Below are positions 7,356 through 16,211 of a stretch of 26,897 bases of DNA, one piece after another. Source of the stretch: a virus (taxonomy: Duplodnaviria; Caudoviricetes); the IMG/VR virus record IMGVR_UViG_3300047403_000130, positions 1 to 26,897 of that record. One strand, written 5' to 3'. Every line of letters begins with the position of its first letter. Position 1 is the first letter of the stretch. The translations under genes and the position numbers were made by a program. Below the pieces are notes generated by a model, which saw only the letters and a program-made list of their open reading frames with translations, made no database searches and was not told the DNA's origin.

Positions 7356-9877
7356 CAGAAGCCCAGCCTGCCGCCGTTGGGGTTGTACGTGGCGGAGCCA
7401 ACTCCGATCTCTCCCGGCTGCACGCCGACGGCGGGGTCGATCGTCTGCGTGATGCCAGGGGCGGCGTCAGGCTCGGGGATCGTGATGGGGCCGTACAGCT
7501 TCGCCGCCACATCCACCGGGGTCAGGGCCGTGGCCGGGTTCGTTGTCGGCAGGGTCGTGTACGGCGGGTTCTGGTCGGGCGTCTTCGGCACCGTCAACTG
7601 CGAGCCGAGCCGGATCTTGACGCCCGTGTCAGCCGTGCCAGTATCGTTCCACGGCACGAGGTACGTGCTGCCGTCCTCGCGCGTGATCTCGGTCAGCGGC
7701 GTGCCGAACCGGCCGGGAACCGTCATCTGGCTGGTGATGACCGACCAACTTTCGCCAGCCCGCGTACTGGTTCGGTTCCAGATGTCGAGGGCCGTGTTGC
7801 CGCTGCCTGGGACCTTCGTATCGACGGTCAGCGTCACCGGGGCAAAGGCGTTGTTGTTGGTCAGGTTGTCGTACTGGGCGTTGTAGTCACGCCGGCTGCT
7901 CGGGTCCACGGTCGAGTGCTTGTCGGCGTTGCCAGCCGTCGCCATCGCGGTCGCCAGCTCGGCATACTTCTGGGCGTTGAACGTGCCGTCCGGGTTCCAC
8001 ACGCTCTCGCTCGCCAGCAGCGCCTGGTACTTCGCCGGATCGTTGCGGATCGCGTCGGCAATCGCCTTCGCCTCGGCGTCCGGTAGGGACCGGACCAAGG
8101 ACGCGATCAGCGTCTCGGTGTCGGTGTAGTAGTTCACGCCGGCGGCATTCCGCACCGGGTTCCAAGCGGTATCGACAATGAAGCCGGTCTTGCCGTTGGC
8201 ATTGTTCGTGATGGTGGTCTTGGCGTCAGACTGCACGACACTGGACAGGTCCACGACGATGCCGCCCGGCGTCACCTGCACGACAGCCCCATCTGCCCAC
8301 GGGGTCGCGGTCGTGTACCGGGTCTTACCCGTACCGTCGGTGTACTGGTAGATGATCTGCTGCTTGCCGCCCGTGTTGATGATGTACGCCTTGGCGACCA
8401 CGTTACTTGCACCTTGGCCGTCGGCGTTGATCGGCGTGTAGACGGTTCCGTCCGCACCCTTGGCAACGACCTTCACGTCAACTGGCGTGACCCACATCAT
8501 CTGGACGCTGCCGTCCGGCTGCGTGACCGGCACCATCTGGCCGCCGGACATCTGCGCCTCGCCGGTCGAGATAACGCCAACCTGCTTGCCGTTCGGATCA
8601 GCCTTGAACACGCCACCGGTCACGGTTCCGTAGGTCATCACGCCGGAGCCATCGGCCAGCATCTGCGCCTCGTTCGTCAGCCGTGTGACCGACGCCTGCG
8701 TGTCGGCGTTGTCACCGCTCGGCTTGTCGGTTGACGTGCCGCTGGCGGTTGGCGTGGCGATACCGGTGAAGTTCTCGTGGAGTGTCTTGCTCGTGGTGTC
8801 ACCATTGGCCTCGGCCAGCAGCGTCGAAGCCGTCTGGGCGTCGGTGTTCGGATCATTCGCCAGGGACACGAGCGTCTGCTGGTACTTGGCCCACGCGTCG
8901 AGCTTCGCCTGTGGACCGGCGTTTGGGTCCTGCCAGATCTTCAGCCACTGGTTGCGGGCCGTTTCGTAGGACTGGCCCACATCCCACGCGCCGATGATCC
9001 GGCCCCACTCGTTGTACTGGCCGATCATCTTGTCGAGCTTCACAGTACCGTTGTCGCCGGAGGTGTCACCAGCCGCCGCCGCCGAGTCACGCCGGATCGT
9101 CAGGCCCTGCACCTTCGACTTCAGCACCTTCTCCAGATATGCCTGCGTGATCGTCCCGCTGAAGGACGGATCGAGCTTCTTCAACGTGTCCACCACTTCA
9201 GGCATCTTCGACAGTTGCGCCAAGAGCGCCGGCATCTGCATGATCCCGCCCTTGGCGGTGTTCAGGCCCATGTCGGCCAGCGTGCCGGCGCTGCCCGTCT
9301 CCGGGTTCACGCCGGGGATCAGGCCCATCGACCGAGCCGCCTGCGTCAGCACGTTCAGGAGGTAGTCGCCAGCGGCCTCGTAGTTGTTGTACGTGGCCTG
9401 GTCGGCGGCAGCGCGAGCGTCGGCAGCCGCCTTACTGGAACTGGCCGCGCTGCCGGCCTTCGCCGCCTGAATGAACTGGGCCGCGTTCTTCTGGAGCGTG
9501 CGCCAGAGTTCGCTGCCCTGCGGGACCTTCTTGGCCCAGTCGAGGAAGAACTGTGCCCGCTGCTCGGCCGTGATCGTGCCCTGCTTGTAGGCGAGGTCGC
9601 TCTTGCTGTCCGCGATGGCGAAGTCGAGCTGGAGGATGTTCGACTTCAGGCTCTCATACGCCTGCGTACCGGGCTTCAGGCCGGCCAGCCGCTTGTTCCA
9701 GTAAGCCAGCATGGACTCGTCGGTGACGTTCTCGCCCTGGAACGTGCCACCGTTCCGCCACGCGTCCATGATGGCGGAGTCGCGCTGGCTCTGGAGGTTG
9801 CGGGCCTCCGACGCGATGATGCTGGACAGGGACTGGTACGAGCGCGGAAGACGCCCGAAGCGGCCAGCGCGGGCCAT
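7355..9877 (-). CDS. Putative internal virion/ejection protein
   Basis: 840 aa, Ala/Gly/Thr/Gln-rich, coupled to portal (TAATG overlap); function inferred from position only. Confidence 0.6.
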   Translation of the reverse strand: MARAGRFGRLPRSYQSLSSIIASEARNLQSQRDSAIMDAWRNGGTFQGENVTDESMLAYWNKRLAGLKPGTQAYESLKSNILQLDFAIADSKSDLAYKQGTITAEQRAQFFLDWAKKVPQGSELWRTLQKNAAQFIQAAKAGSAASSSKAAADARAAADQATYNNYEAAGDYLLNVLTQAARSMGLIPGVNPETGSAGTLADMGLNTAKGGIMQMPALLAQLSKMPEVVDTLKKLDPSFSGTITQAYLEKVLKSKVQGLTIRRDSAAAAGDTSGDNGTVKLDKMIGQYNEWGRIIGAWDVGQSYETARNQWLKIWQDPNAGPQAKLDAWAKYQQTLVSLANDPNTDAQTASTLLAEANGDTTSKTLHENFTGIATPTASGTSTDKPSGDNADTQASVTRLTNEAQMLADGSGVMTYGTVTGGVFKADPNGKQVGVISTGEAQMSGGQMVPVTQPDGSVQMMWVTPVDVKVVAKGADGTVYTPINADGQGASNVVAKAYIINTGGKQQIIYQYTDGTGKTRYTTATPWADGAVVQVTPGGIVVDLSSVVQSDAKTTITNNANGKTGFIVDTAWNPVRNAAGVNYYTDTETLIASLVRSLPDAEAKAIADAIRNDPAKYQALLASESVWNPDGTFNAQKYAELATAMATAGNADKHSTVDPSSRRDYNAQYDNLTNNNAFAPVTLTVDTKVPGSGNTALDIWNRTSTRAGESWSVITSQMTVPGRFGTPLTEITREDGSTYLVPWNDTGTADTGVKIRLGSQLTVPKTPDQNPPYTTLPTTNPATALTPVDVAAKLYGPITIPEPDAAPGITQTIDPAVGVQPGEIGVGSATYNPNGGRLGF

Positions 9878-11853
9878 TACCGCTTACCGAGCGTCGCGCG
9901 GCGAGCCTGGATGGACCCCGGAGCCGGGATCGGGGCCTGCGTCAGAATGCGCGACTTGGCCTGCCCGCCCTGGAGCATGGTCTGGGCCATGCCGAGGTTC
10001 TGCGGCGGGGCCTGCATCGGCAGACCGCCACCGGGCGGCGGAGTGCCGGCGGCCGGTGGCATCATGCCCTGGTCGCCGGCGAGCTGGTCGCTGGTCGTGT
10101 TAGCCGGGGTCGCGCCAGCGAGCGCAGAGCGGAGGTCGTTCTGCCCGCGCGCCATCGCCTGCTGCGCCTGCTGCTGGACGCCGGGAGGTGCCTGCTGGCC
10201 GACCTGCTGAAGCATCGTGAGGAGCTGGACCATGACCTGCACCTTCTCGGGGCTGAGGGTCGCGTCCGTGTTCTCCTCGCGGATGATGTTCTGCTCCGTC
10301 TCCGGGTCGTCCACGCCGACCGCATCCATCGCCCGAAGCTGACTCCACAGGCCGGCGTTCTTCAGGTTCACGACGCGGGTGGCCGTCTCCAGTTCGTCGC
10401 GCGGGTTGAGCGACGGCGGCATGATGTCGAGGCTGGCTTCGGGCGTGCAGATGTCGCGGACGTCCGCGTCCTTGGCCTTCCAGACCTTCAGGCACAGTTC
10501 CCAGATCTCCTCGCGCCACTCGTAGGCCAGTGCCCGCTTGATCGAGATGCGCGTCTCGTAGTTGGCGATCAGGGCGTTGATGGCCTTGGAGGACTGGAGG
10601 GCCTGCAACGGCGCGCGGCCGACCAGCAGCGGGTTCAGGCCGGAGATGGTTTCGATCTCCTGGTCGATCTGGCTCAGGTACTGGTCAGTCTGGACAACCG
10701 GGATGTACGGCTGGATGGCGTCGATCCGGTTGCCAGGGCCGGACGAAACGAGTTCGTTCAGCTTCGGGCGAGCCTGCGGATTGACCTTACCGGGGGCCGG
10801 AGCCTCGGGGCCGGTGATCTGCCAATACTGGCCCGCTGCCGCGAAGGAGATCATCTGGGCCATGTTCGTGACCCGCTCCATCTTCTCGCGCAGGAGCTGT
10901 TCGAGGTCGTACAGGGCGGGACGGCCCTCGGGCACGCCGGGGATGTACGTGTTGAACAGGGGCTTGATCGGGAGTTCGCCGTCGTACTCGGCGTGCTTCG
11001 TGTAGCGGACGAGGTGGTTGCCGACGAAGACGGCGTTCCAGGTGTCCATCTTCGTCTTCTTGCCCATCACGCCGGTCTTGCCGCGCGGCTTCAGGAACCA
11101 GTAGTCCCAGACTTCCACCAGCGAGGACCCGAAGTTGGTCAGCCACGGGCGGGTCGCCTCGGCGTCCTCAGCCGACGACGGGCCGACCACGTAGGGATAC
11201 GCCTGCCCGTCCACGGTGCGAGGTTCCAGCTCAACGCTGAACTCCTCCAGAACCGCATCGCAGGACATGCGGGTGAGGTAGGCCGCCCAGTAGAGGTCGT
11301 CGTACTCGTCGGACTTCCAGCCGAGATAGAGGTGGCGGGGCTGGTCGATGATCTCGACACAGGGGCGCTTCTCCTCCTCGTCCCAGTAGACTCGGGCCGC
11401 CGTCCGGCCGTACTGCTCCTTGGCCGTCATCGCCTTGTGGAACTTCAGGTCGAAGTCTTCCTCGCGCTTCCACTCGAAGTAGATGCGCTCCTGCGCGGCA
11501 GCCGCGTCGCGGGCCTCCTTCGTGGTATCCGTGGCGACCATGTTCTCGATCGGCGGCACAGCCTGGAGGGCGGCCGGGATGTCCACGTAGACCTGCGGGT
11601 TGTTGATCGAGACGTGGGAGTAGCCGGGCGTCGTGGCAGACGGGTGGCTGGCCCACAAGTCCGCGCCGAACTCCGGGTGGATATCGTTGGCGTAGTAAAG
11701 CCGGTCCATGCGGTCGGCCACGGTGCGGAAGCGGTCGTGCTGCTCGCGAACGGTGGCCTTGCGGTGGGCGAGTTGCTGGAGAAGATCCTTGGCGTCGGAG
11801 TCCGGCATCATCTTGATGGCGGCTTCCATCGTCAGGTTCTGGTAGGCGACCAT
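9877..11853 (-). CDS. Portal protein
   Basis: About 658 aa directly after large terminase (TGATG overlap at 11853; ORF track start 11868); portal-like EVWDYW and PEGRPALYDL segments; Gln/Pro-rich tail. Confidence 0.82.
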   Translation of the reverse strand: MVAYQNLTMEAAIKMMPDSDAKDLLQQLAHRKATVREQHDRFRTVADRMDRLYYANDIHPEFGADLWASHPSATTPGYSHVSINNPQVYVDIPAALQAVPPIENMVATDTTKEARDAAAAQERIYFEWKREEDFDLKFHKAMTAKEQYGRTAARVYWDEEEKRPCVEIIDQPRHLYLGWKSDEYDDLYWAAYLTRMSCDAVLEEFSVELEPRTVDGQAYPYVVGPSSAEDAEATRPWLTNFGSSLVEVWDYWFLKPRGKTGVMGKKTKMDTWNAVFVGNHLVRYTKHAEYDGELPIKPLFNTYIPGVPEGRPALYDLEQLLREKMERVTNMAQMISFAAAGQYWQITGPEAPAPGKVNPQARPKLNELVSSGPGNRIDAIQPYIPVVQTDQYLSQIDQEIETISGLNPLLVGRAPLQALQSSKAINALIANYETRISIKRALAYEWREEIWELCLKVWKAKDADVRDICTPEASLDIMPPSLNPRDELETATRVVNLKNAGLWSQLRAMDAVGVDDPETEQNIIREENTDATLSPEKVQVMVQLLTMLQQVGQQAPPGVQQQAQQAMARGQNDLRSALAGATPANTTSDQLAGDQGMMPPAAGTPPPGGGLPMQAPPQNLGMAQTMLQGGQAKSRILTQAPIPAPGSIQARRATLGKR

Positions 11854-13382
11854 CAGCGCCGCCCCCACGGGGTCGAGGCCATGATGTTGAAGCCGACGCT
11901 GGCGTCGTCAATCGCAGGGATGCGGCGGATGACCGCGACCGCGCACGCGAGGGCCATCACCGCGTCCTGTTCGATGCTCCGATCAGCCAACTTGTACCCC
12001 AGCAGTTGCCGCCTCAACTTCAGCCAGTCGCCCGATCGCGGGAACTTGATCCGGCCCTGGTCCAGCAGGGTCTTCAGGTCGCCCAGCAGCTTCAGCTTCT
12101 TCTGCTTGCTGCCACCGAACTCGATGTTGTAGATCGGGTCGATGCCGGCGTCATCCAGCATCTCTCGGAACAGTTTGCCGCCCCAGCCAGTCGCGTCGAT
12201 CGCCGTTCCGCAATACGTTCGCAACTCCTTGGTCGATGCATTGTAGGCATAGTGACTGTTGGAGGTCAACGCGACAAGTGCCTCTGCGGACTGCCGCCCG
12301 GTGGTCCGTGTGACCTTGACGCCGACGATCTCCTCCTCGTTCGTCACGTCAAGGACGACCGACCAGGTGTTGTCATAGGTGCTGGCCGCGTCCACGCCCT
12401 GGGCATACGAGTGGCGGTTGACCGCCGGCGCGTGATCCGGCAAGTCCTCCACGAACGCGCGATCAACAGACTGGCTGGAGAAGTAGTTGGTCCGGCCCTC
12501 GATGAAGAAGCCGTCGATGTTCTGCGGGACCAGTTCCGGGGGCGTGTCCTTGACCAGCCGCTCGAAGGCCACCGGGTCAATGCCGTAGCCCACGTTGTCG
12601 CGCGTGCTCATCCGCAGGCTCATCCGGGTCGGCGTGCGGTCCGGCGACTCGGGGTTGCCCAACTCCCAGTAGTCCGCGAAGACCGTCAGCCCCTCGGTGG
12701 GGGTGCTAACCAGGAACATCTGCCCGCCGGTCCCGAGGCGGCGGTTGTGCAGGACCTCGTTGATGATGAACTCCAGCTTCGGGTGGAAGGCGCACTCATC
12801 GAAACTGATGCCGTGCATCTCCCGACCAAGCGAGCTGGTGGCGTTCTCGGCGGCCGATCGGAAGTGGATCTGCCCGCCGCCCATCGCGGCAGCGAAGACG
12901 ATCCAGCCGTAGTCGCCGCGCTCCTTCTGCTCGTAGGAGACGCAATCCGGCATCTCCGTCGTCAGCGGGCAGCCGGTCGTGCCGACCTGCGCCTGGTGCG
13001 TGCCGGTGAAGATCTTGACCAGATCGTGGAAGACGAGTTCGGCCGTCCCTTGGTCGATCCCGAAGTGATACCAGTCGTAGGACAGCTCCATCCACCGCTT
13101 CAGGTCGGCCTCGGTGCCCGCTGGCGGACGCGCGCCCATCTTGAACAGGGTGGAATGGCTGATGATGACGGCGAGGATCAGGGTCTTGCCGGCCCGGTTG
13201 CCAGCCGACAGGCACAGGGTCAGGTAGGCGGCCCGCCACTTGCTGGCGTCACGGCTCAGGTACGCCTTCGCGGCCCGGACCTGGCCCGGATGGATGCGGA
13301 TGTTGAGGAACCGGCGGGCGTAGAACTCGACGTCCCAGCGGGCGCGAGCCCAATCCGCTTGGAAATCGAGCGGATCAGCCAC
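11853..13382 (-). CDS. terL: Terminase large subunit
   Basis: Walker A SAGNRAGKT, Walker B GISFDE, coupling motif LVSTP, RNase H-like QGVDAA...DAVMALA; likely GTG start at 13382 after GAAGGG. Confidence 0.9.
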   Translation of the reverse strand: MADPLDFQADWARARWDVEFYARRFLNIRIHPGQVRAAKAYLSRDASKWRAAYLTLCLSAGNRAGKTLILAVIISHSTLFKMGARPPAGTEADLKRWMELSYDWYHFGIDQGTAELVFHDLVKIFTGTHQAQVGTTGCPLTTEMPDCVSYEQKERGDYGWIVFAAAMGGGQIHFRSAAENATSSLGREMHGISFDECAFHPKLEFIINEVLHNRRLGTGGQMFLVSTPTEGLTVFADYWELGNPESPDRTPTRMSLRMSTRDNVGYGIDPVAFERLVKDTPPELVPQNIDGFFIEGRTNYFSSQSVDRAFVEDLPDHAPAVNRHSYAQGVDAASTYDNTWSVVLDVTNEEEIVGVKVTRTTGRQSAEALVALTSNSHYAYNASTKELRTYCGTAIDATGWGGKLFREMLDDAGIDPIYNIEFGGSKQKKLKLLGDLKTLLDQGRIKFPRSGDWLKLRRQLLGYKLADRSIEQDAVMALACAVAVIRRIPAIDDASVGFNIMASTPWGRR

Positions 13383-13650
13383 GATCGCCCTTCGCAGCAA
13401 GCCTGCGCCGCCTGACGACCGCCTGCGCCGGGATGACCGTGACGCCAACAGCCTCATTCCCGTGGATGCTGGCCGCTAGAACCACGCCGTCATCGTCATC
13501 GGCCAGCACAAATCCCACGCTCAGGCACCGGGGCGCGTCCTTGCGACGGCGATGGTCAAGAATGGCCTCGATTGGCTGCCAGCCATCGTGCATCACGGTC
13601 GAGTCAACCCACTCAACCTCCAGCCGCCAGTGCCGATCCCCCGGAATCAT
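13375..13650 (-). CDS. Conserved-looking phage hypothetical protein
   Basis: 91 aa with VEWVD...GW...C.SVG.V...IP pattern; overlaps both neighbours. Confidence 0.7.
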   Translation of the reverse strand: MIPGDRHWRLEVEWVDSTVMHDGWQPIEAILDHRRRKDAPRCLSVGFVLADDDDGVVLAASIHGNEAVGVTVIPAQAVVRRRRLAAKGDRG

Positions 13651-14126
13651 TCGATCACCGTGGCCTCGCCGTCGATGATGAGGTCATCCGGCGGCCCGAG
13701 ATAGCCAGCCGGGCCGCTGCCGGACAGCAGGCGGGCCATCGCCATCATCAGGTCGGCGTTCTTGGTCCGCGCGGCGCGGTCATCGAGCATCTTCTGGGCC
13801 GCGAGGCCGTGGCTGATGGTCGGTTCCAGCCTTCCCTCGTTGATCGCCTCCACCGCCCGGTCGCGGACGAGGATGGCGAGGTCCTGCTTCTGCGTCACCT
13901 TCGCCAACGGCAACTCCTGGAAGTGCTTGGCGTGGCTGTTGACCCGCTCCGGCGACACGTTCCAGCCCTTGGCAATCAGTTCCCGGCTGATGTACGCCCC
14001 CGACAGGCCACGGGTCAACATGGCGTCGATCATCGGGGCCAGCGCCTTGTCCTTGCAGACCGAGCATCGCGGGCGCTGCGGAACTGTCTCGGGGATGATC
14101 GGGACTTCAGGCCGGTAGCCGGGCAT
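13647..14126 (-). CDS. Putative terminase small subunit (CxxC/His + HTH)
   Basis: ATG at 14126 overlaps upstream stop; RCSVC...SRELIAKGWNVSPERVNSHAKH; two genes upstream of terL. Confidence 0.6.
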   Translation of the reverse strand: MPGYRPEVPIIPETVPQRPRCSVCKDKALAPMIDAMLTRGLSGAYISRELIAKGWNVSPERVNSHAKHFQELPLAKVTQKQDLAILVRDRAVEAINEGRLEPTISHGLAAQKMLDDRAARTKNADLMMAMARLLSGSGPAGYLGPPDDLIIDGEATVIE

Positions 14127-14476
14127 CAGAGGACCTTCGGCCGGTCGTCGTTGCCCACGCCTCGCTCCACGAACGACACCAGCGACAGCGCCATCCATGC
14201 GGCGTGGGCCATGTGGCTCAGGCCGGATTCAGGATCGGCGTCCTCGCCAGCCCAGAACAGGAGGGCGTGACGCATCATGGCGTTGAAGGACAATGAGTAG
14301 TCGTAGCCTCGCAGGAAGTTGTGGGCGGCGTACTTGTTCGCGCCCATCCCGGCCACTCGGGACAGCTCGATGAGGGCCACGGGGTCCAGCGCGCCGACCT
14401 GCGTCAGCTTCTTGCCCTTCTGGCCCCCGGAGCCGGGATCGGTGACGCGCGTCTCGGAGTCGTGCAGGTCCTTCAC
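14126..14476 (-). CDS. dATP/dGTP diphosphohydrolase-like protein (DUF5664-type)
   Basis: GANKYAAHNF..G......AMMRH....W.GED.DPESGLSHMAHAAW signature. Confidence 0.82.
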   Translation of the reverse strand: MKDLHDSETRVTDPGSGGQKGKKLTQVGALDPVALIELSRVAGMGANKYAAHNFLRGYDYSLSFNAMMRHALLFWAGEDADPESGLSHMAHAAWMALSLVSFVERGVGNDDRPKVL

Positions 14477-14907
14477 TGGACGGCCAGCCAGTCTTCGACG
14501 GCCTGCGCCAGCGTGTACTCAGGCGACACCCGGATAGCGGTGTCATCAAAGAACACGAGCCCCGGCATCTTCTCGCAGGTGATGGCATCGAACGGGATCT
14601 CGTTCTCGATCAGGTAGTCCTGCACGTAGGCCGCCTGCTCGCCACCGAACAACTCAGCCGAACCGCCACGGCGGACCACTTCCGCCGCCCACCACGTCGG
14701 TGAAAGCCGACTGGTCAAGATCACGACCTCGTACCCAGCCGCCTTCAGGTCTCGCACCGCAGCAGCAGCCCCAGGCAACGGGCTCTCCCACGAGATGAGA
14801 TCGCCCCACGGCCGGATCGTCTTGTCGAAGTCCACCAGTACGCGACGGGCTGCGGACGGGGGATGCCCTGCGCGGAGGGCGTAGGCGTCAATGTGAGATT
14901 CAGGCAC
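14473..14907 (-). CDS. HAD-superfamily phosphatase/nucleotidase-like protein
   Basis: Motif I VLVDFDKTI, motif II ILTSR, C-terminal K...FFDD. Confidence 0.78.
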   Translation of the reverse strand: MPESHIDAYALRAGHPPSAARRVLVDFDKTIRPWGDLISWESPLPGAAAAVRDLKAAGYEVVILTSRLSPTWWAAEVVRRGGSAELFGGEQAAYVQDYLIENEIPFDAITCEKMPGLVFFDDTAIRVSPEYTLAQAVEDWLAVQ

Positions 14908-15271
14908 GCAGGACCTCCTCGATCTGCTTCATCTGGCTCGGCCGCCAGATCATGGCGCACTGGCCGGCCGCCTGGAGGAGCGCGATCCACGCGACCTGCT
15001 CCGGCGACGGCTGGCCCAACTCCCGCTTCAGCTCGATCCACAGGACGGGCTGGCCGGCCTTGACGCAGACCAGATCGGGGAAGCCCTTGGCGTCGCCGGC
15101 GATGGCCGTCGCCACGATCGGGCTGCCGTCATCATTCAGGCCGACGATGCTGGCGTGGAAGTGGCACACCTTCCAGCCGTGCTTCCTCGCCAGCCGGATG
15201 ACCTTCCGCTGGAAGGCGGCTTCGAGGACCGCACGATCGGCCCGCTCCTGGTCTGTCAACTTGCGTCCCAA
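14900..15271 (-). CDS. VRR-NUC domain nuclease (possible Holliday junction resolvase)
   Basis: E..FQ..V, GFPDLV, WIELK, PEQ..W, IWRPS motifs; likely TTG start at 15271 (ORF track start 15355). Confidence 0.85.
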   Translation of the reverse strand: MGRKLTDQERADRAVLEAAFQRKVIRLARKHGWKVCHFHASIVGLNDDGSPIVATAIAGDAKGFPDLVCVKAGQPVLWIELKRELGQPSPEQVAWIALLQAAGQCAMIWRPSQMKQIEEVLRA

Positions 15272-15278
15272 TGCAAGT

Positions 15279-15307
15279 ACGGTAGCGGGCTTGACACGGG
15301 ATTGCAA
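15279..15307 (-). promoter_or_regulatory. Putative promoter of the leftward late arm
   Basis: Minus strand TTGCAA-17 nt-TACCGT, 7 nt upstream of TTG at 15271. Confidence 0.5.
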
Positions 15308-15366
15308 GATGGGCGCAATCCGGGCGCTAGAACCGGAGGTGGGGTGTGGACTCACGCCCGCGAATA

Positions 15367-15411
15367 CGGCCCGCCGGGTTCCTCCCTCCTCCCCGGCGGG
15401 CCGTTTCGTTT
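15367..15411 (+). terminator. Intrinsic terminator-like hairpin with C/U-rich loop (possible sRNA 3' end)
   Basis: CGGCCCGCCGGG-TTCCTCCCTCCTC-CCCGGCGGGCCG followed by TTTCGTTT. Confidence 0.65.
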
Positions 15412-15437
15412 GCCCGCCCGCAGGCGGTAACGCGCTA

Positions 15438-15466
15438 TTGACGGCTATCTCCCGCTATGGTACGGT
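15438..15466 (+). promoter_or_regulatory. Promoter for tRNA and replication arm
   Basis: TTGACG-17 nt-TACGGT with TGn extended -10, 13 nt upstream of the tRNA. Confidence 0.65.
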
Positions 15467-15479
15467 TCTTCCTGCAACC

Positions 15480-15566
15480 GCCGAGGTGGCGAAACTGGCA
15501 AACGCAGGAGGCTCAAACCCTCCGCGCCGGAAGGCGATCCGGGTTCGACTCCCGGCCTCGGCACCA
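15480..15566 (+). tRNA. tRNA-Leu (anticodon CAA)
   Basis: Acceptor GCCGAGG/CCTCGGC-A-CCA, D arm with TGG, anticodon arm GGAGG-CTCAAAC-CCTCC, long variable arm, T arm CCGGG-TTCGACT-CCCGG. Confidence 0.95.
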
Positions 15567-15587
15567 AACGCAACGGAAGGAGACACC

Positions 15588-15947
15588 GTGCCCATTACCT
15601 TCACTCGCGCAGCGTTCGCCGGCCCCGACATCCAGGACGGGATCTACCCGGCCAAGTTCATCGGCTGCAAGGAGGGTCCGGCCGGCAACTACGGCCCGAC
15701 CGCGCGCTGGCTGTTCGAGGTCCAGAACGAGGACGAGTTCATCGAGCTGGACATGCTGACTGGCGTCAACCCCAGCCCCAAGTCCAAGGCAGGGCAGGTC
15801 ATTGCGGTCCTCGCCAACCGCCAGCTCGAAGTGGACGAGTCGATCAACGACGACGACCTGATCGGCCGGAAGGTCCGCGTCCTCGTCACGCACAACGAGA
15901 AGGGCTACCCGACGATCGAGCGGGTGATGCCGGCGGCGGCGAAGTAG
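15588..15947 (+). CDS. Putative OB-fold single-stranded DNA-binding protein (DUF669-like)
   Basis: GTG after AAGGAG; 119 aa; G.Y.A.., DDLIGRKVRVLV..EKGY pattern; replication context. Confidence 0.6.
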   Translation: MPITFTRAAFAGPDIQDGIYPAKFIGCKEGPAGNYGPTARWLFEVQNEDEFIELDMLTGVNPSPKSKAGQVIAVLANRQLEVDESINDDDLIGRKVRVLVTHNEKGYPTIERVMPAAAK

Positions 15948-15949
15948 CC

Positions 15950-16210
15950 GTGGAGCACAAGCGGATGCTCCCGCCGGACGATGACCGCGTGGAGCCCGCC
16001 CTTGGCGAAGGCGGGCACTACTCCTACCAGGAGGTCTGCCAGGCGGCCTACGTCTGCGCCGTGAAGGACGCCGGCTTCCGGGTCAACGTCGTGGCGCTGG
16101 ACTCCGACGGGACGGCACGCTCACACCTCGACGTGCCGGTCCGCCAGCCGACGCCGGACGACGGCGGGCAGAGCTTCCACCTCTGGCACAACTGCCCGTG
16201 GGGGCGGTGA
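15950..16210 (+). CDS. Hypothetical protein
   Basis: 86 aa ORF tiling between neighbours with GC-rich third positions. Confidence 0.6.
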   Translation: MEHKRMLPPDDDRVEPALGEGGHYSYQEVCQAAYVCAVKDAGFRVNVVALDSDGTARSHLDVPVRQPTPDDGGQSFHLWHNCPWGR

Positions 16211-16211
16211 C

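Noticed and set aside
1476-7886. 2136-aa plus-strand ORF (also 290..1747, 8777..10210, 12006..13415)
   Set aside because: Antisense shadows of real minus-strand genes; GC-rich codon bias suppresses stops, and the translations show no motifs
14952-15587. N-terminal extension of ORF 14952..15947
   Set aside because: Runs antisense to VRR-NUC and through the tRNA; the real start is most likely GTG 15588 with an AAGGAG RBS
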